From: a virus | Virus record (IMG/VR): IMGVR_UViG_3300042542_003555 | Span: 32,001-96,000 of that record | Strand: one strand, 5' to 3' | Length of the DNA stretch: 64,000 bases | Part shown: in pieces, positions 1 to 9,793 of the stretch | Layout: every line of letters begins with the position of its first letter | Numbering within the stretch: position 1 is the stretch's first letter | Notes under the pieces: model-generated | Seen by the model: only the letters and a program-made list of their open reading frames with translations | Database searches by the model: none | Told to the model about the DNA's origin: nothing | Program-made: the position numbers and the translations under genes

Positions 1-618
1 GTTTGCTTGACCGTAAGCAGCAGTTGCTAAATTGACTCCAGCATTTGCTGAATTAAATGCAGCTTGAGCCAATGGTATTGCAGATGTGCTTTGTGTTGTT
101 GTATCACCAAAAGTTAACGAACCTACAGTTAATGTTCCTGTACTTGGATTAAAACTTAATCCTGTACTATCTGTGTTTACTATACTTAAACTTCCACCGG
201 TTCCTTGAGCAAGTAAAGGATATCTTGTTGCATTAGTTGTAGTATCATCAATGATTGTTGGATAAACACCAGTGAATACTGGAGTGCCAGCATAGGTAAT
301 TACTTCAAATGCTACGTTATCTCCTAAAGTAGCAGGAGAAGTTAATGTTATGCTAGATGTTGATGTCTCTGAAAAGTCAACAACATTATTTTGTCTGACA
401 CCGTTGATAAACACACGGATCTGATTTTGTCCTTGTACATAATTTGGAACAGTAAATAAAGTTTGTCCTGATGTTGCAGTTGTTTGTCTAACACTATTGT
501 TTGCAACCGTTCCTTGAACATCATATGCTTTCCAACCAGCAGTACCATAAATCCATGATTTGGTATTTGTTGAAAATATTTGATTTAATGTAGGGTTTGA
601 AGGAAAATCAATTGGCAT
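1..618 (-). CDS. Tail fibre-like protein, N-terminal part (runs off the window edge)
   Basis: Not in the ORF track. ATG at 618 reads MPIDFPSNPTLNQIFSTNTKSWIYGTAGWKAY, paralogous to the N-terminus of 608..2926, and carries the same SANAGV-LATAAYGQAN repeat. Confidence 0.75.
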   Translation of the reverse strand, partial: MPIDFPSNPTLNQIFSTNTKSWIYGTAGWKAYDVQGTVANNSVRQTTATSGQTLFTVPNYVQGQNQIRVFINGVRQNNVVDFSETSTSSITLTSPATLGDNVAFEVITYAGTPVFTGVYPTIIDDTTTNATRYPLLAQGTGGSLSIVNTDSTGLSFNPSTGTLTVGSLTFGDTTTQSTSAIPLAQAAFNSANAGVNLATAAYGQAN

Positions 619-2926
619 TTAATTTACCTCTTAGTTCATCAATTTGTTTTTGTTGTTCTTTGATTGCCTCAATTAACAGTCCTATCATGTTTTGATACAT
701 TACAGATTTTCCATCGTTAGATTCAACTACCAAATATGGTAATGTCTTTTCTACTTCTTGAGCAATTACACCCATACTCTTTTGACCGTTGTCTTTCCAG
801 TTATACTCAACACCTCTTAGCTGTTTAATAGTATCAATAGGATTTTGAATCGTTGAAATATTTGTTTTTAGTTTTTCATCTGACGTTGAAGTAATAACTG
901 TAGATGATAGTGTTCCTGTTGATGGAACATAAGTTAGTTTGGTACTTGAAACATCTACATCTGATAGTGTTCCTGATATTGTAGCAGAAAATAATGGATA
1001 ATGTGTTGTAGAATTTGCAGTTTCATTCGTGATTGTTGCACCTACTGGTCCTGCAAGTTGTGCATTTGTAATCAATCCAGTAATCTGTGTGTTGGCAATG
1101 CGTAGTGCTGTTTGTGCAGCCCAGATAGGAACACCACCAACTCCAGCCATTAACAACTGACCCTGCGTACCGACAGAAGTAAATGTGGTATTACCTACTG
1201 CTGCTTGATATAAAATAGCATTTGCAGAACCACCACCAACTGATGCTGATGTTGCAGAGGTACTAAAGTCTACCCACTGTGAAGAATTACCATCATTGAT
1301 GTATGTGTACATTGTACCGTCATTACTATCTACCCATCTATCACCAACTGTGTTTCCTGATGCTGGTGGTGATGTATCGTATGTCAATGCACCACTACCT
1401 CCACCACCTCCAGATGCAGTAGAGTTGATTGTAATAGTTCTTGTAGTAGTACACGCAGAGATACTGATATTATTACCAGCAGTAATTGTCAATGTGTCTG
1501 CATTACTATTTGGTGTTATGTTGACACTGTTTGCTGCAATTGTGGTAAATCCTGTCTGTACCGCAGCATTCGCCTCATTATATGCTGCTTGAGCAAATGT
1601 GTTAACACTAGTGATATTGGTATTCTGTAGAGTGTTTACTGCTTGTAATGCTACAGTATTACCAGAAGCATTATTAGCTTGACCGTAAGCAGCAGTTGCT
1701 AGAGTCACGCCAGCATTAGCAGAATTAAATGCTGAACCCGCTAAAGTGTTTATGCTAGTGATATTAGTATTTTGAGCAGTATTAACCGCTTGTAATGCCA
1801 CAGTATTACCAGAAGCATTATTAGCTTGACCGTAAGCAGCAGTTGCTAGAGTCACGCCAGCATTAGCAGAATTAAATGCTGAACCAGCAAAGGTATTAAC
1901 ACTAGTAATATTGGTATTTGTGGTTGTCATCTGTGACTGTAGAGCCACAGTATTACCAGAAGCATTATTAGCTTGACCGTAAGCAGCAGTTGCTAGAGTC
2001 ACACCGGCGTTTGCAGAGTTCCAAGCATTGGTCATCGTGCTGAAAACATCTAATCCATTTACTGTAGCACGGGTAGAAATTAAATTAGCTTTAACTACAT
2101 TTGCATATAGGTTTGCATAAGCAAAGGTTGGATTAGCAATATTAATTAAAGTATTACTTAATACTTGCTGTGTATATCCTTCAAATAATATCCATTCTTT
2201 TTGAATAGGATCTCTGAAGAAACCAGTATGTGTTTCACCTGAAGGTCCTCCATAATTTCCAACAAAACCAATATCTAAAGCATCAGTTGTGATATTACCA
2301 TTTGCTAAAAAGATTAATGAATCGGTGATTGATAAGTCATTGGTAGTAATAGTTGTTGAGTTACCTAGTACAATTAAGTTTCCTTCAACTACTAAATTAT
2401 TTTGTATAGTTACATTACCTGTTATTGTTCCACCGGTAGTGTTAAATTTCAGGTTTGCTGTATTGTATGCTGCTTGAGCAAATGTATTTGTTGAAGCAAT
2501 CCAATTATTTTGTGTATTGTTAATTGCGCCTTCAGCATTAGCTTTACCATATGCTGATGTTGCTAGTGCATCTGTGTATCCAATATTTGTATTGGTAGTT
2601 GTCATCTGTGCCTGTAAGGCTACAGTATTACCAGAAGCAGTATTAGCAGCATCAAATGCCGCTTGCGCTAAAACACCAGAGTTTGCTGTATTATATGCTG
2701 CTTGTGCAAAAGTGTTGATGCTAATAATTGCAGTGTTTTGAGTTTGATTAATTACATTTTGAGTATTAGCTTCACCATAGGCTGCTCTTGCTAAAGTATC
2801 AGCACCAAGAATTATAGCATCGATTGATTGAATATCCCATGCGTACCCATTCCATACCCAGGTTTTTGTACCAACGGTATAGACTTGATTTAATGTAGGT
2901 GATGATGGAAAATTAATTGGCATCAA
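608..2926 (-). CDS. Tail fibre protein with C-terminal intramolecular chaperone (peptidase S74-like)
   Basis: Ala/Asn/Thr-rich coiled-coil repeats; C-terminal SDEKLKTNI...LRGVEYNWKD...GVIAQEVE...LIEAIKEQ motif. Confidence 0.8.
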   Translation of the reverse strand: MMPINFPSSPTLNQVYTVGTKTWVWNGYAWDIQSIDAIILGADTLARAAYGEANTQNVINQTQNTAIISINTFAQAAYNTANSGVLAQAAFDAANTASGNTVALQAQMTTTNTNIGYTDALATSAYGKANAEGAINNTQNNWIASTNTFAQAAYNTANLKFNTTGGTITGNVTIQNNLVVEGNLIVLGNSTTITTNDLSITDSLIFLANGNITTDALDIGFVGNYGGPSGETHTGFFRDPIQKEWILFEGYTQQVLSNTLINIANPTFAYANLYANVVKANLISTRATVNGLDVFSTMTNAWNSANAGVTLATAAYGQANNASGNTVALQSQMTTTNTNITSVNTFAGSAFNSANAGVTLATAAYGQANNASGNTVALQAVNTAQNTNITSINTLAGSAFNSANAGVTLATAAYGQANNASGNTVALQAVNTLQNTNITSVNTFAQAAYNEANAAVQTGFTTIAANSVNITPNSNADTLTITAGNNISISACTTTRTITINSTASGGGGGSGALTYDTSPPASGNTVGDRWVDSNDGTMYTYINDGNSSQWVDFSTSATSASVGGGSANAILYQAAVGNTTFTSVGTQGQLLMAGVGGVPIWAAQTALRIANTQITGLITNAQLAGPVGATITNETANSTTHYPLFSATISGTLSDVDVSSTKLTYVPSTGTLSSTVITSTSDEKLKTNISTIQNPIDTIKQLRGVEYNWKDNGQKSMGVIAQEVEKTLPYLVVESNDGKSVMYQNMIGLLIEAIKEQQKQIDELRGKLNAN
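1595..2035 (-). repeat. Three in-frame tandem 147-bp (49-aa) repeats
   Basis: gaccgtaagcagcagttgctagagtcac recurs at 1681, 1828 and 1975 (period 147); boundaries approximate. Confidence 0.85.
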
Positions 2927-3222
2927 ATTGCCTCAAGTTCTGTAACAGGTATGTTTTGTCTTGCCACCGCTGCGATCTCAGCCGCAACCCTGTCTTTCTC
3001 GGCCTGCCACACTGTGATTACTTGTTGAAACTGATCGAACGATGTAATTTCTTCGTTGCCTGTCATTTTTTTAGTAACAGGGTCTTTGCGTTCAATTTCT
3101 CCATATGTATCATACCATTGCACTGCGTGAATAGTGACATCCATGAAAGACAAATCTAGATTACCATAACCTTCACCATCTACGGAAACACTGTTGTCAT
3201 CGGGCAGAATAGTTACTCTCAT
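2923..3222 (-). CDS. Hypothetical protein, possible tail fibre assembly/accessory protein
   Basis: Coupled ORF in fibre cluster; acidic, HAVQWY motif. Confidence 0.55.
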   Translation of the reverse strand: MRVTILPDDNSVSVDGEGYGNLDLSFMDVTIHAVQWYDTYGEIERKDPVTKKMTGNEEITSFDQFQQVITVWQAEKDRVAAEIAAVARQNIPVTELEAI

Positions 3223-3530
3223 TGTTTTGCTCCTATTAAAACTTGTTGTGCCGGATGGACACCTGCCGCAGCAAGTAATACTTGTTGGCCAACTTCGTTA
3301 GCCTTAACCATTTCATTGCGGAATGATTCTACTGCTGCTCCTGTCTGCCGTTGTTGTTGGCTATTTTCTATCATAAGCATAGGCATCCACGCCATAGAAC
3401 AAGCCCACTCATCGACTTCTTTGCCTGTGTTTGGATTCGTGCCACGCACTTGAGTAAACCATGCACAATCAAGTTGTCTACAAGGGTTAAAATTGTCCAG
3501 TGGACATCCATTTTTAGGTTTTAATTCCAT
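3219..3530 (-). CDS. Conserved Cys-rich phage protein associated with fibre genes
   Basis: CPL..C..CAWF..VRG.NP.TG.EVDEW.C pattern; translationally coupled. Confidence 0.6.
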   Translation of the reverse strand: MELKPKNGCPLDNFNPCRQLDCAWFTQVRGTNPNTGKEVDEWACSMAWMPMLMIENSQQQRQTGAAVESFRNEMVKANEVGQQVLLAAAGVHPAQQVLIGAKQ

Positions 3531-5125
3531 TAGTCTTTACTCGCAATAATTAAATCAACATAAGAAACAGCAAGGTTGATTGCTGTGCCGGAGAATGAGT
3601 GGTTGTGTGAGCCGCCACTACCTGCGCTACTTGTGCCAAAAGTAGCACCTGCTGTTTGCGCTACGCCAACGTATCCCGCAACACCGCTGTTACCTCCACC
3701 CCCATCCGTACCAGTAATTGTGTCTATATTATGAGAGTGACTTGGAATTTGCGAAGTGCTTAGTGTTGTACTACCTACCGTACCACTCACGCCTTGAGAA
3801 GCAAACGCCGTGGTAAACGCAACAGAACCGCCAGAGCTTGCTGAACCAGACACCACACGCAATGCTTTGTTGTCATGTGTAATTTGTTTAGTCCATCCAG
3901 TGGGAGCTGCCGTCTGTTGGAACAACATAAGTGTGCCAGAAGGAAATGAACTTCCACCAGCTGTAGCCCATGACAAGGTACCGGAACCATTAGTTGACAA
4001 TACTTGACCAGTTGTACCATCCGCAGTAGGTAGAGTGTATGTGGTTGATCCAGCAGCGGCACCGGGCGCTAAACCAACATAACCAGATGTTGCGCCACTT
4101 AATCTTAATGTACCTTTTACATCAAGTCTGGACCCCGGCGAAACAATACCAATCCCCACATTGCCAGTGATATTTAAGTTACCATCTAAAGTTCCAGATG
4201 TATTAGCAAGCGCATTATTTGCTTTAGTAAAAGCAGCACCCGCAAATGTATTAATGCTAGTAATATTAGTATTTTGAGTAGTATTAACTGCCTGTAGTGC
4301 TACAGTATTACTTGAAGCATTATTAGCAGTGTCTCTAGCATAATCATCTACACCAGTAGATGGCACTACTTGTCCTGTAGAAGTAGTTACTGTCAAACTA
4401 CCGTTTGTATTACTTAATCTCAATCCACCCAAATCAATTGATCCTGGCCCAACATATAGTGAATGCCAACGATTAGTATCTGAACCAAGATAATAAGTAT
4501 TTGTTGTGGCCGGTGTTAAGTTGCCAGTAATACTGGAACTTCCTGTTAAAGGAATTGCATTGTTTGCTTTATCAAATGCAGCCTGAGCAAGCGTATTGGT
4601 GTGAACTGTGTTTGATGATGCAGCAGTAGGTCCTGTTTCTGCCCAGGTAGGATTAGAAACATTACCAAAATTTGTATATTCAAAACCAGTGTCGCTATTA
4701 ATCCATATATCGCCAGTATTTGCTACTGCTGGTGTTGTGTTTTGATAAAAGAAATCTGTTTTTGTATTTGCTTCATCAAAAGCAGCATTGGCTGTATTGT
4801 ATGCTGCTTGTGCTAAAGTACCATCACCTCCACCACTTGCGGTAGAATTGATTGTAATTGTTTTGGAAGTTGTATTTGTTGATATCGCAATATTATTACC
4901 AGGAACAATATTTAAGATATCTGTAGGACTGGTAGCAATAATAAGAGAGTTATTGGAATTGACAGTTGAAAACGTTTTTTGGTTTTCAATTGCTTTAATT
5001 CCAACACCATTCTTATAGAACAGTTTTCCATCAGCATAGTTAATCGCCAACTCACCATGCGCTAGGTCAGCTGGAGTATTACCTGTTTGTCCTGATTTTC
5101 TTAACTGTATTGTTGTGTTTGACAT
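3530..5125 (-). CDS. Tail fibre protein
   Basis: N-terminal IQLRKS..LAHGELAIN motif like T4 gp36/gp37; C-terminal tail-collar-like region with HSH/HNH metal motifs. Confidence 0.7.
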   Translation of the reverse strand: MSNTTIQLRKSGQTGNTPADLAHGELAINYADGKLFYKNGVGIKAIENQKTFSTVNSNNSLIIATSPTDILNIVPGNNIAISTNTTSKTITINSTASGGGDGTLAQAAYNTANAAFDEANTKTDFFYQNTTPAVANTGDIWINSDTGFEYTNFGNVSNPTWAETGPTAASSNTVHTNTLAQAAFDKANNAIPLTGSSSITGNLTPATTNTYYLGSDTNRWHSLYVGPGSIDLGGLRLSNTNGSLTVTTSTGQVVPSTGVDDYARDTANNASSNTVALQAVNTTQNTNITSINTFAGAAFTKANNALANTSGTLDGNLNITGNVGIGIVSPGSRLDVKGTLRLSGATSGYVGLAPGAAAGSTTYTLPTADGTTGQVLSTNGSGTLSWATAGGSSFPSGTLMLFQQTAAPTGWTKQITHDNKALRVVSGSASSGGSVAFTTAFASQGVSGTVGSTTLSTSQIPSHSHNIDTITGTDGGGGNSGVAGYVGVAQTAGATFGTSSAGSGGSHNHSFSGTAINLAVSYVDLIIASKD

Positions 5126-5128
5126 TTA

Positions 5129-5740
5129 CTAGAAACTTCCGCCATCCTTGAGAATTTCATCCGATATAATTAATTCTTCCAAGTCTGCACCATCTACTGT
5201 CACTTGTGCAGCCTTAGCCTCATCAATTTTTTTTCTTTTGGCAGGAGTTAATTTTAAATAGTCAATTTGATCATTTAGTTCTTTGATTGCATTCTCATGT
5301 TCTTTTTTGAGAGTTTCAATTTCAGAACCATATTTGCTATGCACATTTTCCAATTCCTCACGGGTCTTGCCCAACTCATTTCTGAAAGTGTCAACATGTT
5401 GCAACTGATGCTTGACACTTTCATATTCTGATTTAACAACCGAGAGATCATTTACTTGACCTCTCAGAGTGTTGATGGTATTAGTATGCACATTTATTTC
5501 ATTTTGAAGTTGCTGAATTCTAGCATTATCAGAAGAATTTTTAATTGTTTTTGTTGATTCTAATTCTTTTTTTGTAGAATCAACAGTAGAAGTCAATTCT
5601 TCAATTTTTGTTTGCAACTCCTTAATAACATTTTCAGTTAACTTTAAATTTGCTTGTAGAGAAATGCTTTTAACAATGCTATCTTGCAAAGTCTTCGACA
5701 TTATATCTACATAGTATTCAACATATTTTTCTTGGCTCAT
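5129..5740 (-). CDS. Coiled-coil hypothetical protein
   Basis: Long heptad-rich ORF with GGAG RBS. Confidence 0.6.
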   Translation of the reverse strand: MSQEKYVEYYVDIMSKTLQDSIVKSISLQANLKLTENVIKELQTKIEELTSTVDSTKKELESTKTIKNSSDNARIQQLQNEINVHTNTINTLRGQVNDLSVVKSEYESVKHQLQHVDTFRNELGKTREELENVHSKYGSEIETLKKEHENAIKELNDQIDYLKLTPAKRKKIDEAKAAQVTVDGADLEELIISDEILKDGGSF

Positions 5741-5781
5741 TTCAAACTCCTATCATTTAAAAAATTATATATTCATTATAT

Positions 5782-7611
5782 TTAGAATGCGCCTCCATCG
5801 AGAACATATGAATAACGAATCTCTTTTGTATTTGAGTTATAGAATGCAATACCATCATAAGTTGCATCTTGTGTTTCTGTATAACGAACAGGATTAACAA
5901 AGAAGCCAGATGTTGATGGGCTTAGATTTGTTCCAGAGGCATTCAATATGATACTACTTGCGGCTGCTGATTCAAAGCCTGCAAACTTACCAATCGCTAT
6001 GCTGTTTGCACCAATTGCAGTAGTATTTCCTTTACCTGCTTGTGTACCAATTGCAATAGAGTCTGCACCTTGTGATCCACCAGTATCGTAACCTAACGCA
6101 ATACCATACTGTCCTTGTGCCGATCCAGCTGAGTTACCAATTGCGACACCATATGAACCCTGACTGGTCATCCCAGCATTGATACCAATTGCAACAGCAG
6201 TTTGTCCTTGATTGACATTACCAGCACCGTAACCAATTGCAACACCATAGGCACCTTGATTATTGTAACCAGCAGAATCACCAATCGCAACTGCTTGTAA
6301 CCCTTGAGTTATTGTACCAGCATTTTGACCAAATGCTACTGCATCACCAGCAGTATCTTTGATAATTGCACCATTGGCTAACTGTATTCCCGAACCATTG
6401 TGTACTAACAGACCATTTGTACTTTGAATTGATAATGAGAAAGCACCATTTGCAATAGATGTTGGTGTCAGTGCATTGTCATCTGCATAGGAGAATCTTC
6501 CGTTTGCAGTATCAAAGTAAACTAGGTTAGTTGTTCTTGCATTAGGAATACTCGGTGCAAAAACACCTCCACTAACACTTAGAACTTGATTAACTGTGAT
6601 TGAATTTACTGTTACATTACCATCAAATGTAGATTCGTTTGAATCCACATAGAACATATTTGAACCAGAACTGCCTGTGTTATATAAATCAAGAGTCGCA
6701 GAGTTATCACTATTCTTTAGTTGTAAACGATTTGCTGAGTTAACAACTAGGTTACCATCTAATGTTGCTCCATTATCTAAGTATGGAGCATTGGCAAAAT
6801 ATGCATTGCCGTTAGCATATAACTGAGAACCAGACTGAAGTGTTAGAACATTCAGTACGTTAGAAGTATTTGCAGTTAAGTTTGCTCTTAGTGTTGCTAG
6901 TGCAAAACTATTAGAGAACGGCGTAATAACGTTTGCTGTTGGTTCTGTTGTATAGTCATTGAACAGATAGTATTGTTTATCTGCTGAGTGGCGATAGAAA
7001 CCAGTATGTTTTTGAGTACCATCGTTATAGTGACCGACAAAACCAATATCAACTATGTCAGAAGTGTTGTTTGTAGCGAGTTGAATTAACGAGTCACCAA
7101 CTTTAAGAGTATCAACATTGACGATTGTTTCTGTACCAAGAACTATTAGGTTTCCTGATATTTGAACACTAGAATCAATGTACTGCGTAACAATAGGAGT
7201 GTTTGCACGGAAAACAGTATTATCTACATTAAACGTTACTGTATTTGCTGTGACTGCTGATGTAATACCAGAAGCACCAACAAATCCAAGGGTATCTGTA
7301 AGCAGATTAATTGCATCAGTTCCAGTATCACCAGAAATATTAAGTGTACTAGAGATTGCTGCGGTACTAATATTAGTAATTACACCATTAGCACCCACAC
7401 GAATGATAGGAATAGCTGTGGTGGAACCATACTCATTTGGAGTAATTCCAAAGTTTTTATATCCACCAATCTCTAAAGCACTTACTCCGTCTGGTGTACC
7501 AATGAATAGATTATTGGATGTGTATGAGTAGGCTAATTCACCTGCTGCTAAGTTTGCTGGTGTCGCTGTAGCAAACGAGCGTTTAATGAGAATTTCTGTA
7601 TTAGAGGCCAT
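5782..7611 (-). CDS. Tail fibre/adhesin with YadA-head-like repeats
   Basis: N-terminal LAAGELAYS motif; repeated AVAIG/GVAIG/SIAIG units near the C-terminus. Confidence 0.7.
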   Translation of the reverse strand: MASNTEILIKRSFATATPANLAAGELAYSYTSNNLFIGTPDGVSALEIGGYKNFGITPNEYGSTTAIPIIRVGANGVITNISTAAISSTLNISGDTGTDAINLLTDTLGFVGASGITSAVTANTVTFNVDNTVFRANTPIVTQYIDSSVQISGNLIVLGTETIVNVDTLKVGDSLIQLATNNTSDIVDIGFVGHYNDGTQKHTGFYRHSADKQYYLFNDYTTEPTANVITPFSNSFALATLRANLTANTSNVLNVLTLQSGSQLYANGNAYFANAPYLDNGATLDGNLVVNSANRLQLKNSDNSATLDLYNTGSSGSNMFYVDSNESTFDGNVTVNSITVNQVLSVSGGVFAPSIPNARTTNLVYFDTANGRFSYADDNALTPTSIANGAFSLSIQSTNGLLVHNGSGIQLANGAIIKDTAGDAVAFGQNAGTITQGLQAVAIGDSAGYNNQGAYGVAIGYGAGNVNQGQTAVAIGINAGMTSQGSYGVAIGNSAGSAQGQYGIALGYDTGGSQGADSIAIGTQAGKGNTTAIGANSIAIGKFAGFESAAASSIILNASGTNLSPSTSGFFVNPVRYTETQDATYDGIAFYNSNTKEIRYSYVLDGGAF

Positions 7612-7638
7612 GTTACTTCCTTATTGTTGTTATTTGTT

Positions 7639-7646
7639 TATTTATG
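7639..7646 (-). promoter_or_regulatory. T4-type late promoter (CATAAATA)
   Basis: TATAAATA-like box upstream of 5782..7611. Confidence 0.55.
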
Positions 7647-7905
7647 TAAATATGCCACCGTCAATAGTTGCTACTACTGTTGCTGTGTTTGAAAACACTA
7701 AGTTACCTGTCATTGTATCACCAGTTTTACTTACTTTAGTATTTGCTGTATTGTATGCTGCTTGTGCTAACGATAAGGCAGTGTTAGCAACGGTTTCTGC
7801 ATCGGTTGCGCCAACAAATGTCGCAGTTGTGCTGACGGTTTGTTGATTACCTTGATTAACCCTAACGCTTATCTGTTGTACTGGATTGACTATTACGTTA
7901 GGCAT
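7642..7905 (-). CDS. Small virion structural protein
   Basis: AQAAYNTAN and VSKTGDTMTG fibre motifs, IDGG end. Confidence 0.6.
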   Translation of the reverse strand: MPNVIVNPVQQISVRVNQGNQQTVSTTATFVGATDAETVANTALSLAQAAYNTANTKVSKTGDTMTGNLVFSNTATVVATIDGGIFT

Positions 7906-7906
7906 T

Positions 7907-8254
7907 TTAGTTTCTTGTTACTGATGGTGAAACAAATATTTGTCCTTCTAATACACGGGTAACATTTCCTGATGCGGTTTCTGTAATAATAACATCATAC
8001 ACTAGTTTCTGCATTGAACTTACATTGGAAGTTGTTGCTGAGTTTGCAGACAACTGAATAATACCAGAGTTGGCATTATATACACTTGCAGTAAAATTAA
8101 TAGCAACGTTTGAAGAATAATAAGAAGTTCTTGCTTGGCTCTTTACAGTAAAACCATTGAGATTGTAGGGTGCACCAGTGTTATCCGCAAGGGTCATCTG
8201 CGTAGTAAATGTGGTTCCTTGTTCTAGGAAAAGGTCTTGATACCCGCTAGGCAT
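7907..8254 (-). CDS. Conserved virion structural protein
   Basis: LEQGTTF...VYDVII...TRVLEGQIFVSPSVT pattern common in T4-like aquatic phage tail modules. Confidence 0.65.
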   Translation of the reverse strand: MPSGYQDLFLEQGTTFTTQMTLADNTGAPYNLNGFTVKSQARTSYYSSNVAINFTASVYNANSGIIQLSANSATTSNVSSMQKLVYDVIITETASGNVTRVLEGQIFVSPSVTRN

Positions 8255-8263
8255 GATGTTCCT

Positions 8264-8611
8264 TTATGGTGTATTTGCTGATGCTTGATTAATCGTTATA
8301 CCGTACTCTTTTAGTTTTTGTTCTAATAATCTTTGAACTAATTCTTCGGTTGTTGGTGTTGTGCTTGATGGTGGTTCAGGATTAGTTAATTCTTTTGGAA
8401 GATGTTCTTCTGGTATATATTTTACTGTTTGTTCAGTTTCATCATAGAAAAAAAACTGAGGATCTTTGACATCAAAAGAATATTCAGTGTTTACAAAAAA
8501 TAAAAGATCGGCAACATCAAATTCTTCATCGTAAAAATAACAAACTCTTGATCCTAAGATATTATTATCCTTATCATAAACTTTTTCATCAGGATTAATT
8601 AAAGCTAACAT
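8264..8611 (-). CDS. Small acidic protein, putative partner/chaperone of the upstream Gly-rich protein
   Basis: Paralog of 9514..9762 (ALI.P.E...G.RV...FDVA..L). Confidence 0.55.
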   Translation of the reverse strand: MLALINPDEKVYDKDNNILGSRVCYFYDEEFDVADLLFFVNTEYSFDVKDPQFFFYDETEQTVKYIPEEHLPKELTNPEPPSSTTPTTEELVQRLLEQKLKEYGITINQASANTP

Positions 8612-8626
8612 CGTTTTCTCCGTTTA

Positions 8627-9499
8627 TTAGTATTCAACAATAACTATTCCACTAAATCCTGCGGTTCCACCAGCACCGCCGTTTGAACAACAACCACCGC
8701 CACCGCTGCCGCCTCCACCACCGCCTCTTCTATTAAAAGGTCCAGTTCCTGGTGTGCCAGCACCAGCCGGCGACAGACCTGGTCCTGCCGTACCTCCGGT
8801 ACCTACGGTTGCACCAGAAGCACCGCCGCCGCCTCCACCACCGCCACCTCTGGCAGGAACCGCCGGTGCCGCAGCACCATTACCGCCATTGACTCCACTG
8901 GCAGCACCACCTGCACTACCAGGAACAAAAGGCGATCCGCTATTATTGCTAGAAGCACCTCCTCCTCCACCACCACCACTACCAATAGTTACCGGAACAG
9001 CAGTGACGGGAAATGGTGCTGATAAAATCTTGACACCGTATCCACCTAAACCAGTAAAGGTTTGAGGTATACAACCAGTTCCGCCTGATATTCCAGAACC
9101 AGAAGTTCCATATTTTCCCGTTGAGAATCCATCAAGAATTAAATCAGCACCCGGAGCCGTGCCCGATGCTGATACAGTTCCGCCCGTAGCTGTTTGATAT
9201 GAACCAAACGATGTAGTTCCTCCACTAGCGCCAGCACCGCCAGGTTGGCCAGATGAGCTGGCACCTCCTGGCGCACCTCCTCCGCCACCCACTACTGTAA
9301 CCTTTAATTTAGTCGTTGAAGGTGGAATGTTAAATGTTCCTGGTGATGTAAACACCGTCATATTACTGAAACCACCAGCAGGAATAGCTGAAGGTGCAAT
9401 CTGTGGTCCAGTAATCAATCCAGTAATCTGTGTATTCGCTACAAATCCAGTGATATTTGCAGATGCACCAAAGCCCGCTAAGTTTCTATTAATACCCAT
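8627..9499 (-). CDS. Gly-rich tail fibre tip/adhesin-like protein
   Basis: FTSPG..PPSTTKLKVTVVGGGGG ... GIVIVEY Gly-rich domain. Confidence 0.65.
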   Translation of the reverse strand: MGINRNLAGFGASANITGFVANTQITGLITGPQIAPSAIPAGGFSNMTVFTSPGTFNIPPSTTKLKVTVVGGGGGAPGGASSSGQPGGAGASGGTTSFGSYQTATGGTVSASGTAPGADLILDGFSTGKYGTSGSGISGGTGCIPQTFTGLGGYGVKILSAPFPVTAVPVTIGSGGGGGGGASSNNSGSPFVPGSAGGAASGVNGGNGAAAPAVPARGGGGGGGGGASGATVGTGGTAGPGLSPAGAGTPGTGPFNRRGGGGGGSGGGGCCSNGGAGGTAGFSGIVIVEY

Positions 9500-9513
9500 T
9501 TAAGACTCCACTA

Positions 9514-9762
9514 TTATACTACTGTGTTTGTTGTATTTGATCTTGGTACGGGTGCAGGTGGTGTTGGTTTTACTTTGATGGTATTGTCTGCGGTGTCAAA
9601 ATAGAATTGATCCGCAACCACATCGTCATCACAGTCAACCCAATGTAGTTCACCAGCAACATCAAAAATGTTCTGTGGTTCTTCTACTTGTGCAACTCTG
9701 TAACCTGCTGTTCCATCAAAATTGTTAATTTGCTCTTGAGGACTAATTAACGCTTTTTTCAT
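9514..9762 (-). CDS. Small acidic protein, putative partner/chaperone of the upstream Gly-rich protein
   Basis: Paralog of 8264..8611; strong RBS. Confidence 0.6.
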   Translation of the reverse strand: MKKALISPQEQINNFDGTAGYRVAQVEEPQNIFDVAGELHWVDCDDDVVADQFYFDTADNTIKVKPTPPAPVPRSNTTNTVV

Positions 9763-9793
9763 TTGCTTCTCTCCATCTAAATTAAATTAAAAA

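Noticed and set aside
1595-2035. CRISPR array
   Set aside because: The repeats are in-frame coding units without unique spacers
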